Shown one piece after another: positions 8,863 through 17,460 of a DNA stretch of 44,878 nt (positions within the stretch are counted from its first letter, which is position 1; each line of letters begins with the position of its first letter). The notes under the pieces were generated by a model. It was not told where the DNA came from. It did not search any database and saw nothing but the letters and a program-made list of their open reading frames with translations. The position numbers were made by a program, and so were the translations under genes. The stretch comes from Candidatus Fermentibacteraceae bacterium (GTDB lineage Bacteria; Fermentibacterota; Fermentibacteria; Fermentibacterales; JCC-6). The DNA lies in contig JAWLEP010000023.1 of the NCBI GenBank assembly GCA_041686025.1, positions 1 to 44,878 on the forward strand, given 5' to 3'.

Positions 8863-8899
8863 CAAGTTGGCTGGCGGTTTAATGCCGCCAGCCAACTTG
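8863..8899. terminator. Perfect 15-bp hairpin between convergent genes; likely bidirectional terminator
   Basis: CAAGTTGGCTGGCGG-TTTAATG-CCGCCAGCCAACTTG; no long U-tract. Confidence 0.6.
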
Positions 8900-8963
8900 C
8901 TTGATGCCCCTAGCCATCTGCAGAGCAATTACATAGCAATTCCCGACCTAAGGGACGTTCAAT

Positions 8964-9830
8964 TCAAGTGCCTGGCACTTTCGCGGGACTTTCGCGGGAG
9001 CGGTAGTTGAGCCAGCCCGCGGTGAGCACAAGGGCGGCTCCCACGGCGGTGGAGACCGAGGGCAGTGCGCCCCAGAAGGCCAGCTGCCAGACCACGGAGT
9101 AGACCACGCTCAGGTAGCCGTACATGGCCACCTCGCCCCCGGGGGCGTGACGGTAGGCGGCGGTCATCAGCAGCTGGCCTGCCACCCCGAAGACGCCGTT
9201 GCCCACAAGCAGGAGGGCCTGCCGGAAGTCGGGCATGGTGGCGCCTCCCAGGAAGGTCAGGGGGAGGGCCATGAGGGCGATGAAGCCCGAGAACCAGAAG
9301 ACCACCGCCTCCGGCCTGTCGTGCCTGCGGAGGGCACGCAGAGCGGTATGGGCCCCTCCGGCGAGAACGGCGGAGCCCAGTGCAAGTAGGGCGTAGGGGC
9401 CGGCGGGAACCTCACCGGGCCGAAGGATGACGGCCACTCCCAGGAAGGCCAGGGCGATGGCCGCCATCTGGACCGGACGAAGCCGCTCGCGCAGGAAGGC
9501 GGCGGCGAAGATGGCTACGAAGAACGGACTGAGCCTGTTCACCGTCACCGCCTGGGCCAGGCTGAGGCCCTCTATGGCGATGAAGTAGAAGAGCATGGCG
9601 GTACCGCCGAGAAAGGCCCGGGCCAGCAGGAGGGAGGGGCTGCCGGGAAGCAGCGGAATTCCCCGTCTGCGGGCCGCCGCCCAGGCCACGGCCATGCTCA
9701 CACCGCCCCTGAAGAGGAGCTTCTCGCCCACCGGTATGCTGGAGGGCAGGGCCTTTACCATGACGGGCACCAGTGAGAGGCAGAGCGCCGCCGAGATCAT
9801 CATCAGCGCCGCTTTGGTGCCCTCCCTCAG
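8964..9830 (-). CDS. DMT/EamA family transporter
   Basis: About 10 TM helices, two EamA repeats (LSPFFVAIFAAAFLRE; GQLLMTAAYR). Start is either ATG 9803 or the in-frame CTG 9830, which overlaps the upstream TGA. Confidence 0.85.
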   Translation of the reverse strand: MREGTKAALMMISAALCLSLVPVMVKALPSSIPVGEKLLFRGGVSMAVAWAAARRRGIPLLPGSPSLLLARAFLGGTAMLFYFIAIEGLSLAQAVTVNRLSPFFVAIFAAAFLRERLRPVQMAAIALAFLGVAVILRPGEVPAGPYALLALGSAVLAGGAHTALRALRRHDRPEAVVFWFSGFIALMALPLTFLGGATMPDFRQALLLVGNGVFGVAGQLLMTAAYRHAPGGEVAMYGYLSVVYSVVWQLAFWGALPSVSTAVGAALVLTAGWLNYRSRESPAKVPGT

Positions 9831-10927
9831 TCGAAGCCCCCGATCTCGACGATGCGGTACTCCTGCGAGCCCAGGCCGATTTGCTCGGCGGCCTCCAGCT
9901 GCTGCAGGGGATCGCTGCTCTCGTGGACGGCCGTGAACTTGTCGTCCCCGGAGCCGGCACTGCCCGCGACCTCCGAACCCTCGACCGAAGGAGCCTCTCT
10001 GACCAGATCGTAGCAGGCCCGGTCCAGGGCCACCGGGTCATGGGAGGCCAGCACGCCTATGTCGGCCACCAGCGGGTCTCCCTCGTCTCCCATGCAGTCA
10101 CAGTTCGGGGCCACCCTCAGCAGGAAGCTCACGTAGACCGCAGGCTCCATCAGCCTTGCGGCACCCAGGGCGTACTCGGCCATCCGTCTGGCGAACTCCC
10201 CCCGCTCCTGGTTCCAGCTCACCTTCACCGCCCCCGTGGGGCACCGCTGAATGCACTCGCCGCAGCCCACGCACACCTCACGGTCGATATCCGCCGCCTC
10301 ATCGATGGTGATGGCGTCCACCGGGCAGTGCTCCGCGCAGGCGCCGCATGCTATGCACTGGTCCTTCCTTATCGAGGGCTTCACGTTCGAGTGCTGGTAG
10401 AGCTTGCCGCCCCTGGCGGCGCAGCCCATGCCCAGGTTCTTCACCGCTCCCCCGAATCCCGAGAGCAGGTGGCCCTTGAAGTGGCTGACCACCACCGCGT
10501 GGTCCGCCTGCTCGAGTTGCCTGGCCAGCCGGGCCGAACGGGTACGGCACTCCTCGGGAAGCTCCACCTCGACCTCGTCGGTGCCCCGCAGACCGTCGGC
10601 CACTATCAGCGGAGGAGTATGCGGCGGGCCGAACCCGTGCTCGGCCGCCAGCTCCAGGTAGTCGGGCGCCGTCATCCTCCGGCCCCGGTAGAGGACGGTG
10701 GTATCTGCCAGGAATGTCCTGCGCTCCGGCAGCTCCAGCGCCCGCACCACCTCCATGACCTCGTCGGGCCTAACGTAAGACCTGTTGCCCTCCTCACCGG
10801 GATGCAGCTTCACCGCCACAAGCTCGCCGTCCCCGATGTCCAGCTTGGCTCTCAAGTCCGCCAGCAGCCTGCGGAAGGCTCCCTTCCGCGGCATGTGCTC
10901 GGCTCTCAGAAAGTAGACTTCGCTCAT
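9827..10927 (-). CDS. DUF362 domain Fe-S protein with 2x[4Fe-4S] ferredoxin insert
   Basis: VKLHPGEEGN, SHFKGH, FGGAVKNLGMG, CIACGACAEHCP and CVGCGECIQRCP, PNCDC, DPVALD; GGAGG RBS. Confidence 0.85.
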   Translation of the reverse strand: MSEVYFLRAEHMPRKGAFRRLLADLRAKLDIGDGELVAVKLHPGEEGNRSYVRPDEVMEVVRALELPERRTFLADTTVLYRGRRMTAPDYLELAAEHGFGPPHTPPLIVADGLRGTDEVEVELPEECRTRSARLARQLEQADHAVVVSHFKGHLLSGFGGAVKNLGMGCAARGGKLYQHSNVKPSIRKDQCIACGACAEHCPVDAITIDEAADIDREVCVGCGECIQRCPTGAVKVSWNQERGEFARRMAEYALGAARLMEPAVYVSFLLRVAPNCDCMGDEGDPLVADIGVLASHDPVALDRACYDLVREAPSVEGSEVAGSAGSGDDKFTAVHESSDPLQQLEAAEQIGLGSQEYRIVEIGGFD

Positions 10928-10986
10928 GCTCACCTCCAGTCCCGCTGATATGTGAAGCCGCGGCAGTTTCGCAAAGCCCTTCGTGG

Positions 10987-11015
10987 TTGCTGGGCAGTAT
11001 GGGCCCGTGTATGCT
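10987..11015 (+). promoter_or_regulatory. Putative sigma70 promoter giving a leaderless alr transcript
   Basis: TTGCTG-17 nt-TATGCT, then 7 nt to ATG 11023; no SD in between. Confidence 0.55.
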
Positions 11016-11022
11016 ACTGCCT

Positions 11023-12171
11023 ATGGGTACGATCGTTTGGGTGGAGATAGACGCCGAGGCCCCGGACTGGAACCTGCGGCAGCTGCGGTCCTGCTCCAGC
11101 GGCCGAAGGATCTTCTGCGCGGTGGTGAAGGGAAACGCCTACGGCCACGGGGTAGAGGAGATGGTGCGTCTGCTGCCCTCGGCGGACTGGTTCGGCGTGA
11201 ACTCCCTGGACGAGGGCCTGCAGCTGCGGGAGCTGGGCGTGAAGCGTCCCATACTCCTGGTGGGCCACGTGGAGCTGAGTCGGCTGGGAGAGGCCCTGGA
11301 AGCGGACCTCAGGCTGACGGTCTACAACGGCGAGACGCTGAGTGTGCTGGGGGAGCTGGCCGGCCAGGACAGCCCGGCGCGGCTGCACCTGATGGTAGAG
11401 ACCGGCACCTGGCGGCAGGGGGTGCGTCCGGAGGAGGCCGTGGCCTTCGCCCGTAAGGCACTGTCCATCCCCGGCGTGGAGCTGGAGGGAGTGGCCACCC
11501 ACTACGCCAACATCGAGGACACTCTGAACCACGGCTACGCCAGCACTCAGCTGGAGCGGTTCCGGGAAGCTGTGAGCCTCCTGAGGGAGTCCGGCATCGA
11601 CCCTCCGATCAAGCACACCGCCTGCACGGCTGCCACCATCCTCTTCGAGAAGACCCATTTCGACATGTTCCGGGCCGGTGTGGGGATATACGGTCTGTGG
11701 CCCTCGCGGGAGACCTACCTGTCCGCCATCTCCAGCGGCCGGCCGGTGCCGGAGCTGAGGCCGGTGCTCAGCTGGAAGACCCGCATAGCCCAGCTCAAGG
11801 AGGTCCCGGCCGGCAGCTACGTGGGCTACGGCTGCACCTACAGGACTACCCGGAGGACGCTGATGGCCGTGCTGCCGGTGGGATACGCCGACGGGTACGA
11901 CCGGGCCCTCGGCAACAGGGCCTGGGTGCTGGTGCGCGGCCGGCGGGCACACCTGATGGGCAGGGTGTGCATGAACCTGATCATGGTTGACGTTACCGAC
12001 GTGCCCGGGGTGAGCCTGGAGGACGAGGTGGTGCTGCTGGGCCGCAGCGGGGACGAGGAGATAACGGCCGAGACCATGGCGGACTGGGCCGGAACCATCA
12101 ACTACGAAGTAGTGACGCGAATAAGCCCTCTGCTCACGAGAAAGGTAGTGGGGAGCAGGGGCGAGGGATGA
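11023..12171 (+). CDS. alr: Alanine racemase
   Basis: AVVKGNAYGHG (PLP lysine), VGYG catalytic Tyr, GYADG, GRVCMN, TINYEV. Start re-called to MGTIVWVEID. Confidence 0.95.
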   Translation: MGTIVWVEIDAEAPDWNLRQLRSCSSGRRIFCAVVKGNAYGHGVEEMVRLLPSADWFGVNSLDEGLQLRELGVKRPILLVGHVELSRLGEALEADLRLTVYNGETLSVLGELAGQDSPARLHLMVETGTWRQGVRPEEAVAFARKALSIPGVELEGVATHYANIEDTLNHGYASTQLERFREAVSLLRESGIDPPIKHTACTAATILFEKTHFDMFRAGVGIYGLWPSRETYLSAISSGRPVPELRPVLSWKTRIAQLKEVPAGSYVGYGCTYRTTRRTLMAVLPVGYADGYDRALGNRAWVLVRGRRAHLMGRVCMNLIMVDVTDVPGVSLEDEVVLLGRSGDEEITAETMADWAGTINYEVVTRISPLLTRKVVGSRGEG

Positions 12172-12184
12172 TCGGAGAGCCGCT

Positions 12185-12949
12185 ATGTTCCTTGAGGTAG
12201 TGGGGGCAGACGGGTCCAAGCAGGCGGGGAACCACCTGGTGAGCATGAAGCTGGGTGACTCCGTTCTGCTCGACGCCGGATCGGCCTCCAGTCTGACCAA
12301 CTCCGAGCAGATGCAGATAGATGTGGTGCTGCTCACCCACGCCCACCTCGACCACATACTGGAGCTGGGCTTCCTGGCGGACGCCACCGCCAGCCAGCGC
12401 AAGAGCCCGCTGACGGTGATCGGCAGCGAGGCCTCGCTGTCCATAGTCCGCAAGCACTACATGAACGACCTCATCTGGCCCGATTTCAGCGTGCTGGACA
12501 CCGGCAGCGGGGTATCTCTCAGCTACCGGAACATGACGGACGAGGAATGGCTGGAGCTGCCCGGCGGCCTGCGCGCCCTGCCGGTGCCGGTGAACCACGG
12601 CGCCGGGGCCAGGGGCTTTATCTTCGACTCGGGCCGCAACACCATCGCCTACACCGGCGACACCGGCCCCACCGACCGCATCTGGGACCTGGCCGCCGGC
12701 TGCGACAACCTCTGCATGGTGATAGCGGAGGTATCCTTCCCCGACCGGCTCACCGAGGTGGCAATCGCCAGCGATCATCTCACGCCGAAGCTGCTGGAGA
12801 AGGAGATGCACAAGCTCAACCGCTCCGGCACTCCCATATTCGTCTTCCATCTCAAGCCCTGGTTCCGCCACGAGATCGAGCGCGATCTGGCCCGGAGGTT
12901 CCGGGACAGGGCGGTTCTCCTGGTGCGCGGTGACCGTTTCACCTTCTAG
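12185..12949 (+). CDS. MBL-fold class II 3',5'-cyclic nucleotide phosphodiesterase-like protein
   Basis: LLDAG, THAHLDH, NDLIWPDF, VNHG, YTGDTG, EVSFP, HLTP, HLKP. Confidence 0.8.
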   Translation: MFLEVVGADGSKQAGNHLVSMKLGDSVLLDAGSASSLTNSEQMQIDVVLLTHAHLDHILELGFLADATASQRKSPLTVIGSEASLSIVRKHYMNDLIWPDFSVLDTGSGVSLSYRNMTDEEWLELPGGLRALPVPVNHGAGARGFIFDSGRNTIAYTGDTGPTDRIWDLAAGCDNLCMVIAEVSFPDRLTEVAIASDHLTPKLLEKEMHKLNRSGTPIFVFHLKPWFRHEIERDLARRFRDRAVLLVRGDRFTF

Positions 12950-14114
12950 CATTCCCGGGCCTGCCTCGATCGCGTCTGCCGGCGACAGCGATCTGCGCTC
13001 CCTGGGCGACTCGGTGGCCCTGCTTTCCCACTACGCGGCCGTGGACGAAGGCTTCCGCACAACGGCCGAGAGACTGGCCGGGCTGGGCACGCTGAGGTGC
13101 ATCCTCGGCCCGCAGCACGGCTTCTGGGGGGAGACCCAGGACAACATGATCGAGTGGCACGGCTACCGGGACCCGGTGCTGGGTGTTCCGGTGCACAGCC
13201 TCTACGGGGAGACCCGCAGGCCCACCGCCGACATGCTGGAGGGAGCCGACGGGCTGGTGGTGGACCTTCAGGACGTCGGTTCCCGCTACTACACCTACGT
13301 CTACACCATGGCGCTGGCCATGAGGCAGTGCGCGGACACTGGCCTGCCGGTGACCATCCTCGACCGTCCCAATCCCCTGGGCACGAATGTGGTAGAGGGT
13401 ACGCTGCTGGATCCGGAGTACTCCTCCTTCGTGGGCCTGTACCCCATTCCCGTCCGGCACGGCCTCACCATAGGGGAGCTGGCCAGGCTCTTCGCGGAGA
13501 TCGACGGCATTCCCCGGCCGGAGGTGGTGGCCTGCAGTCCCCGCCCGCCGCGCGACCCGCGGCCGGAGTGCGACTGGGTATATCCTTCGCCCAACATGCC
13601 CACCCCACGCACGGCCCTGGTCTATCCCGGAATGTGCCTTCTGGAGGCCACCAACCTCTCCGAGGGCCGCGGCACAACCCGTCCCTTCGAGGTGTTCGGC
13701 GCGCCCTGGCTGGACGATGTCGCCCTCTGCACGGAGCTCAACGGCTCGCCCTTCCTGGAAGGGGCCGTTCTCAGGAGGCACCGCTACATACCCACCTTCG
13801 GCAAGCACGCCGGAACCATGTGCAGGGGCGGACAGGTACACGTGACGGACGCGGGGGCATTCCGGCCCTACCTGGCCGGCCTCGGCATACTGGCCTTCTG
13901 CATGAGGCACCCGGAGTCCGCATGGAAGCAGCCCCCGTACGAGTACGAGAGCGAGAAGATGCCCATCGACATACTGGCAGGAGGGCCGGAAGTGCGTGAA
14001 GCTGTTGACGATGACGATACCGACAGGCTTGTGGAGCTGGCGGCCGCTCCCCTCCAGCGGTGGAAGCGGACGGCTGAAGAGTCCATGATCTACCCCAGGG
14101 AGATGCAGGGATGA
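12930..14114 (+). CDS. namZ: Exo-beta-N-acetylmuramidase NamZ (DUF1343)
   Basis: GPQHGFWG, SLYG, DLQDVGSRYYTY, LDRPNP, RHGLTIGELA, PSPNMP, SEGRGTTRPFE. Confidence 0.88.
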   Translation: MTVSPSSIPGPASIASAGDSDLRSLGDSVALLSHYAAVDEGFRTTAERLAGLGTLRCILGPQHGFWGETQDNMIEWHGYRDPVLGVPVHSLYGETRRPTADMLEGADGLVVDLQDVGSRYYTYVYTMALAMRQCADTGLPVTILDRPNPLGTNVVEGTLLDPEYSSFVGLYPIPVRHGLTIGELARLFAEIDGIPRPEVVACSPRPPRDPRPECDWVYPSPNMPTPRTALVYPGMCLLEATNLSEGRGTTRPFEVFGAPWLDDVALCTELNGSPFLEGAVLRRHRYIPTFGKHAGTMCRGGQVHVTDAGAFRPYLAGLGILAFCMRHPESAWKQPPYEYESEKMPIDILAGGPEVREAVDDDDTDRLVELAAAPLQRWKRTAEESMIYPREMQG

Positions 14115-14887
14115 GAATAGGGGTTTTCACTTCGGTTCACGCCAACCTCCCCGGGCTCCGGGCGGTTCTGGACCGCCTGGAGCAGGAGGAGGTTGACCTT
14201 GCCGTCTGCCTGGGCGACGTAGCGGGCTACGGTCCCTTCCCCCGGGAGGCGGTGGACCTGATACGGGACGCCGGAGTGGAGACCGTGCAGGGCAACTGGG
14301 ACAGGGCCCTGGGCCGCGGCCGCTCCTCCCCCGGGGACAGCTTCGACAACGTCCACTGGGAGAGGCTGGCGGGGGAGTCGCTGCAGTGGACCCTGGGCAG
14401 GCTCACCGGCGGGCAGCGCAGGTGGCTCCGCGACCTGCCCCAGGAGCTGCGTTTCCGGGCGGGGAGGAGGGAGCTGCTGCTAACCCACGGCCTTCCCGGC
14501 AGGCAGCCGCAGGAGCTCCACCGAAAGCTCCCCGGGGAGATATACGATCTGCTGCTGCGGCGCAGCGGATGCCGGCTGCTGGCGTCGGGCCAGTCCAACC
14601 GCCTGGAGCTGGTGAGAAGGCCGGCGGGACTGCTGGTCTCGCCGGGCAGCGTGGGCGGAGGCACCCTTCCCGCCGCTTCCACCGCCATGGTGGTGGAGGT
14701 GGACGACGAGGGGGACATCTCGGTAAGCTGGCACCGGGTGGAGTTCGACATGAACGAGTACCGGGAATCGTACGAGAGAGCCGGGCTTCCAGATATCTTC
14801 CTGGCCTGCGTTGAGCTGGGAAGGGACCAGAGGGGCCCCTGGCACACCAGAGACACCAGACGGAGGCAGCAATGGGCAGAACGATGA
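14111..14887 (+). CDS. Calcineurin-like metallophosphoesterase family protein with degenerate metal site
   Basis: SVHAN, LGDVAGYG, GNWD, THG, GQSN, PGSVG; ATGA overlap with namZ. Confidence 0.75.
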   Translation: MRIGVFTSVHANLPGLRAVLDRLEQEEVDLAVCLGDVAGYGPFPREAVDLIRDAGVETVQGNWDRALGRGRSSPGDSFDNVHWERLAGESLQWTLGRLTGGQRRWLRDLPQELRFRAGRRELLLTHGLPGRQPQELHRKLPGEIYDLLLRRSGCRLLASGQSNRLELVRRPAGLLVSPGSVGGGTLPAASTAMVVEVDDEGDISVSWHRVEFDMNEYRESYERAGLPDIFLACVELGRDQRGPWHTRDTRRRQQWAER

Positions 14888-16125
14888 TCGAGAAGATCCT
14901 GGCCGCCCACGGCGGCGGGGATCCCTCACCCGGAGACATCGTCTGGGTGGGCATAGACAACAGGACGGCGCGGGACTTCGCCGGGGCCAGCGTGGTGGCC
15001 AACCTGGAGGAGCACGGGGGGGACAGACCCGTTGCCGACCCGGAGAAGACCTTCTTCACCTTCGACTGCAACGTACCCGCCAACACCATCCCCTACGCCG
15101 AGAACCAGCAGAGGATACGGCGCTTCGCCCGCGACCAGGGCGTGCGGGTCTACGACATCGACGCAGGCATAGGGTCCCACGTCCTCATCGAGGAGAGGCT
15201 TGCCCGGCCGGGCACCACCACCGTGGGTACGGACAGCCACCTGAACATCATGGGCTCGGTGGGGGCCTTCGGGCAGGGAATGGGCGACACCGACATAGCC
15301 TTCGCCATGAACACCGGGAAGGTCTGGTTCCAGGTCCCCCCATCTTCCCGGGTGAAGCTCAGAGGCCTTCCGTCGGACGATGCCGAGGCCAAGGACGTGG
15401 CTCTGGCCCTTCTGGGACGCTTCAGCCATCACGAGCTGCTGGGCAGGTCGGTGGAGCTCTCCGGCCCCTGGCTGGAGCGGGCGACTGTTGCCGACTGCAT
15501 CACCGTGGCCAGCCAGGCCACCGAGATGGGGGCGGTGATAAGCCTCATCCCTCCCAACGACAAGGTGCTTGGCTACTTCGGCATGGAAAGGGGGGAGGCG
15601 ATCTACCCGGACGAGGACGCCTCCTACGAGGCCGACTACGAGCTGGACATCGACGGCCTGGAGCCCCAGATAGCCGTTCCCTACAGCCCCAACAACGTCC
15701 ACCCGGTCTCGGAGGTGGCGGGGAAGAGGGTGGATACCGTCTTCATCGGGTCCTGCACCAACGGCACCTACCAGGACCTGGAGTACGCGGCCCGTCTGCT
15801 GCGCGGCCGGCAGGTGGCGGATCACGTGACCCTGAAGGTGGTTCCCGCCACCAGGAGCGTGTGGAACCGTCTGCTGTCGGAGGGCCAGATGAGGGACCTC
15901 TTCGGTGCCGGGGCCATAGTCAGCAACGCCGGCTGCGGCGGCTGCGCCTCCGGCCAGATCGGCATGACGGGGGAGGGCGAGGTGCAGATCAGCACCTCCA
16001 ACAGGAACTTCCGGGGCAAGCAGGGCAGCGGAGAGACCTACCTGGCCGGCATAGGAACGGCGGCGGCCTCGGCCGTACTGGGCAGGATCGCATCGGTTTC
16101 CGAGCTGGAGGGAGGCAGGCAGTGA
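14872..16125 (+). CDS. Aconitase-family hydro-lyase large subunit (LeuC/HacA-like)
   Basis: MGRTMIEKIL, GTDSH, IGSCTNG, GCGGC (three Fe-S cysteines), STSNRNF. Confidence 0.88.
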   Translation: MGRTMIEKILAAHGGGDPSPGDIVWVGIDNRTARDFAGASVVANLEEHGGDRPVADPEKTFFTFDCNVPANTIPYAENQQRIRRFARDQGVRVYDIDAGIGSHVLIEERLARPGTTTVGTDSHLNIMGSVGAFGQGMGDTDIAFAMNTGKVWFQVPPSSRVKLRGLPSDDAEAKDVALALLGRFSHHELLGRSVELSGPWLERATVADCITVASQATEMGAVISLIPPNDKVLGYFGMERGEAIYPDEDASYEADYELDIDGLEPQIAVPYSPNNVHPVSEVAGKRVDTVFIGSCTNGTYQDLEYAARLLRGRQVADHVTLKVVPATRSVWNRLLSEGQMRDLFGAGAIVSNAGCGGCASGQIGMTGEGEVQISTSNRNFRGKQGSGETYLAGIGTAAASAVLGRIASVSELEGGRQ

Positions 16126-16640
16126 GCGACGAGCTGAGATTCACTGGAAGGCTCTGGGTCCTCTCCCGCGACGGGGACCTGGTGGACGACATAGACACCG
16201 ACATGATCTACCACAACAACTACCTGGCCGTAACCGACCGCGCGGAGATGGCCCAGTACGCCCTGGGCAACCTCCAGGGCTACGAGGAATTCGCCGAGAG
16301 GGCGCAGGAGGGCGACATGATACTGGCCGGCGAGAACTTCGGCTCCGGCAGCTCCCGGCAGCACGCGGTGGACTGCTTTCTGGCGCTGGGGGTCAGGGCC
16401 ATCATCGCCAGGTCGTTCGGCGCCATCTACAAGCGCAACGCCATCAACAGCGCCCTGCCGGTGGTGGAGGCCCCGGGCATTCCCGCCGACCTCTTCGAGC
16501 ACCTCGAGGAGGCCGACCTGGACCTGGAGAGCGGCGAGATCAGCGCCGGGGACAGGTCTTTCAGGGCGCGCCCCATGAGCGGAGTTGCGCTGGAGATCTA
16601 CAGGGCCGGAGGTCTGTTCCAGTACGCGGCCACGCTGTAA
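16122..16640 (+). CDS. Aconitase-family hydro-lyase small subunit (LeuD/HacB-like)
   Basis: DDIDTDMI, GENFGSGSSRQHA, SFGAIYKRNAINSALP, AGGL. True start is GTG 16122 (GTGA overlap), at the 3' end of the 14811..16640 track ORF. Confidence 0.88.
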   Translation: MSDELRFTGRLWVLSRDGDLVDDIDTDMIYHNNYLAVTDRAEMAQYALGNLQGYEEFAERAQEGDMILAGENFGSGSSRQHAVDCFLALGVRAIIARSFGAIYKRNAINSALPVVEAPGIPADLFEHLEEADLDLESGEISAGDRSFRARPMSGVALEIYRAGGLFQYAATL

Positions 16641-16646
16641 TTCAGG

Positions 16647-16686
16647 CTGCGGGAAGGACGGGTGCAAGTGCCCGGCCTTCCCGCAG
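16647..16686. terminator. Hairpin between convergent genes
   Basis: CTGCGGGAAGG...CCTTCCCGCAG 11-bp stem plus an inner CGGG/CCCG stem. Confidence 0.55.
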
Positions 16687-16695
16687 GCCGGTGCC

Positions 16696-17460
16696 CTAGT
16701 ACTGCCCCAGCTTGCCCAGCTTTCTGGCCCGTCTCTCGAAGACCCGGAACACGGATATTCCAATCAGGAGGTAGAAGAGGCTGTTGCCCGCTATGAGCCC
16801 GTACCACCACGCGGGAAAGGAGGCATCGGCCACAATCTGGCTGTTGATTGTGTACGCTCCGGCGACGAAGGGCAGCAGGGCCCAAGGCGTGAACGGGTAG
16901 ACCGGCAGCATCATCAGCCCGATGAGGCCGAAGCTCAGAATCTGGTTCACGGCTCCGATCCTCTTGTGTATCAGGCCTATGCCCCCCATCATGAAGCCTA
17001 TGCCCTGCAGTGAGAGCAGCGTCAGCAGGAGCATTCCGTAAAACTGTGGCAGATTCACCGAGTGCCAGCGGCCGGTGGTGAGCATCACCAGATACAGCAT
17101 GATGGTGAGGATCACGAAGTTGAAGACGGTACCGATCATGGCTTTCGCCAGGAATATCCTCTCGGCGCCCATCGGAGAGAGATAGAGCTGCTCCAGGGTG
17201 CCCTGCTGGGACTCCTGGAGCACGATCCCGCTGGTGCCCGAAAGCGCGAACATGGCGCTCATCCACAGGACGTAGCCCACCACCATGGAATCCAGGGAGG
17301 CTCCGGAGGCCGCATCTCCGGCGAATGTCCGCAGGCCGGCGAACAGCCCCAGGAAGATGAGGTACATGACCACGACCATGGCCAGCGTATTGAACAGGTA
17401 CCTCTTCATGGTCCAGAGGTTCATCCATGCCTCGGCCGAGAGCAGGCCCGTCAGTCGCAT
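16696..17460 (-). CDS. ABC-2 type exporter permease
   Basis: Six hydrophobic segments, ESQQGTLEQLYLSP motif, C-terminal ARKLGKLGQY. Start re-called to ATG 17460, which overlaps the ATPase stop. Confidence 0.85.
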   Translation of the reverse strand: MRLTGLLSAEAWMNLWTMKRYLFNTLAMVVVMYLIFLGLFAGLRTFAGDAASGASLDSMVVGYVLWMSAMFALSGTSGIVLQESQQGTLEQLYLSPMGAERIFLAKAMIGTVFNFVILTIMLYLVMLTTGRWHSVNLPQFYGMLLLTLLSLQGIGFMMGGIGLIHKRIGAVNQILSFGLIGLMMLPVYPFTPWALLPFVAGAYTINSQIVADASFPAWWYGLIAGNSLFYLLIGISVFRVFERRARKLGKLGQY

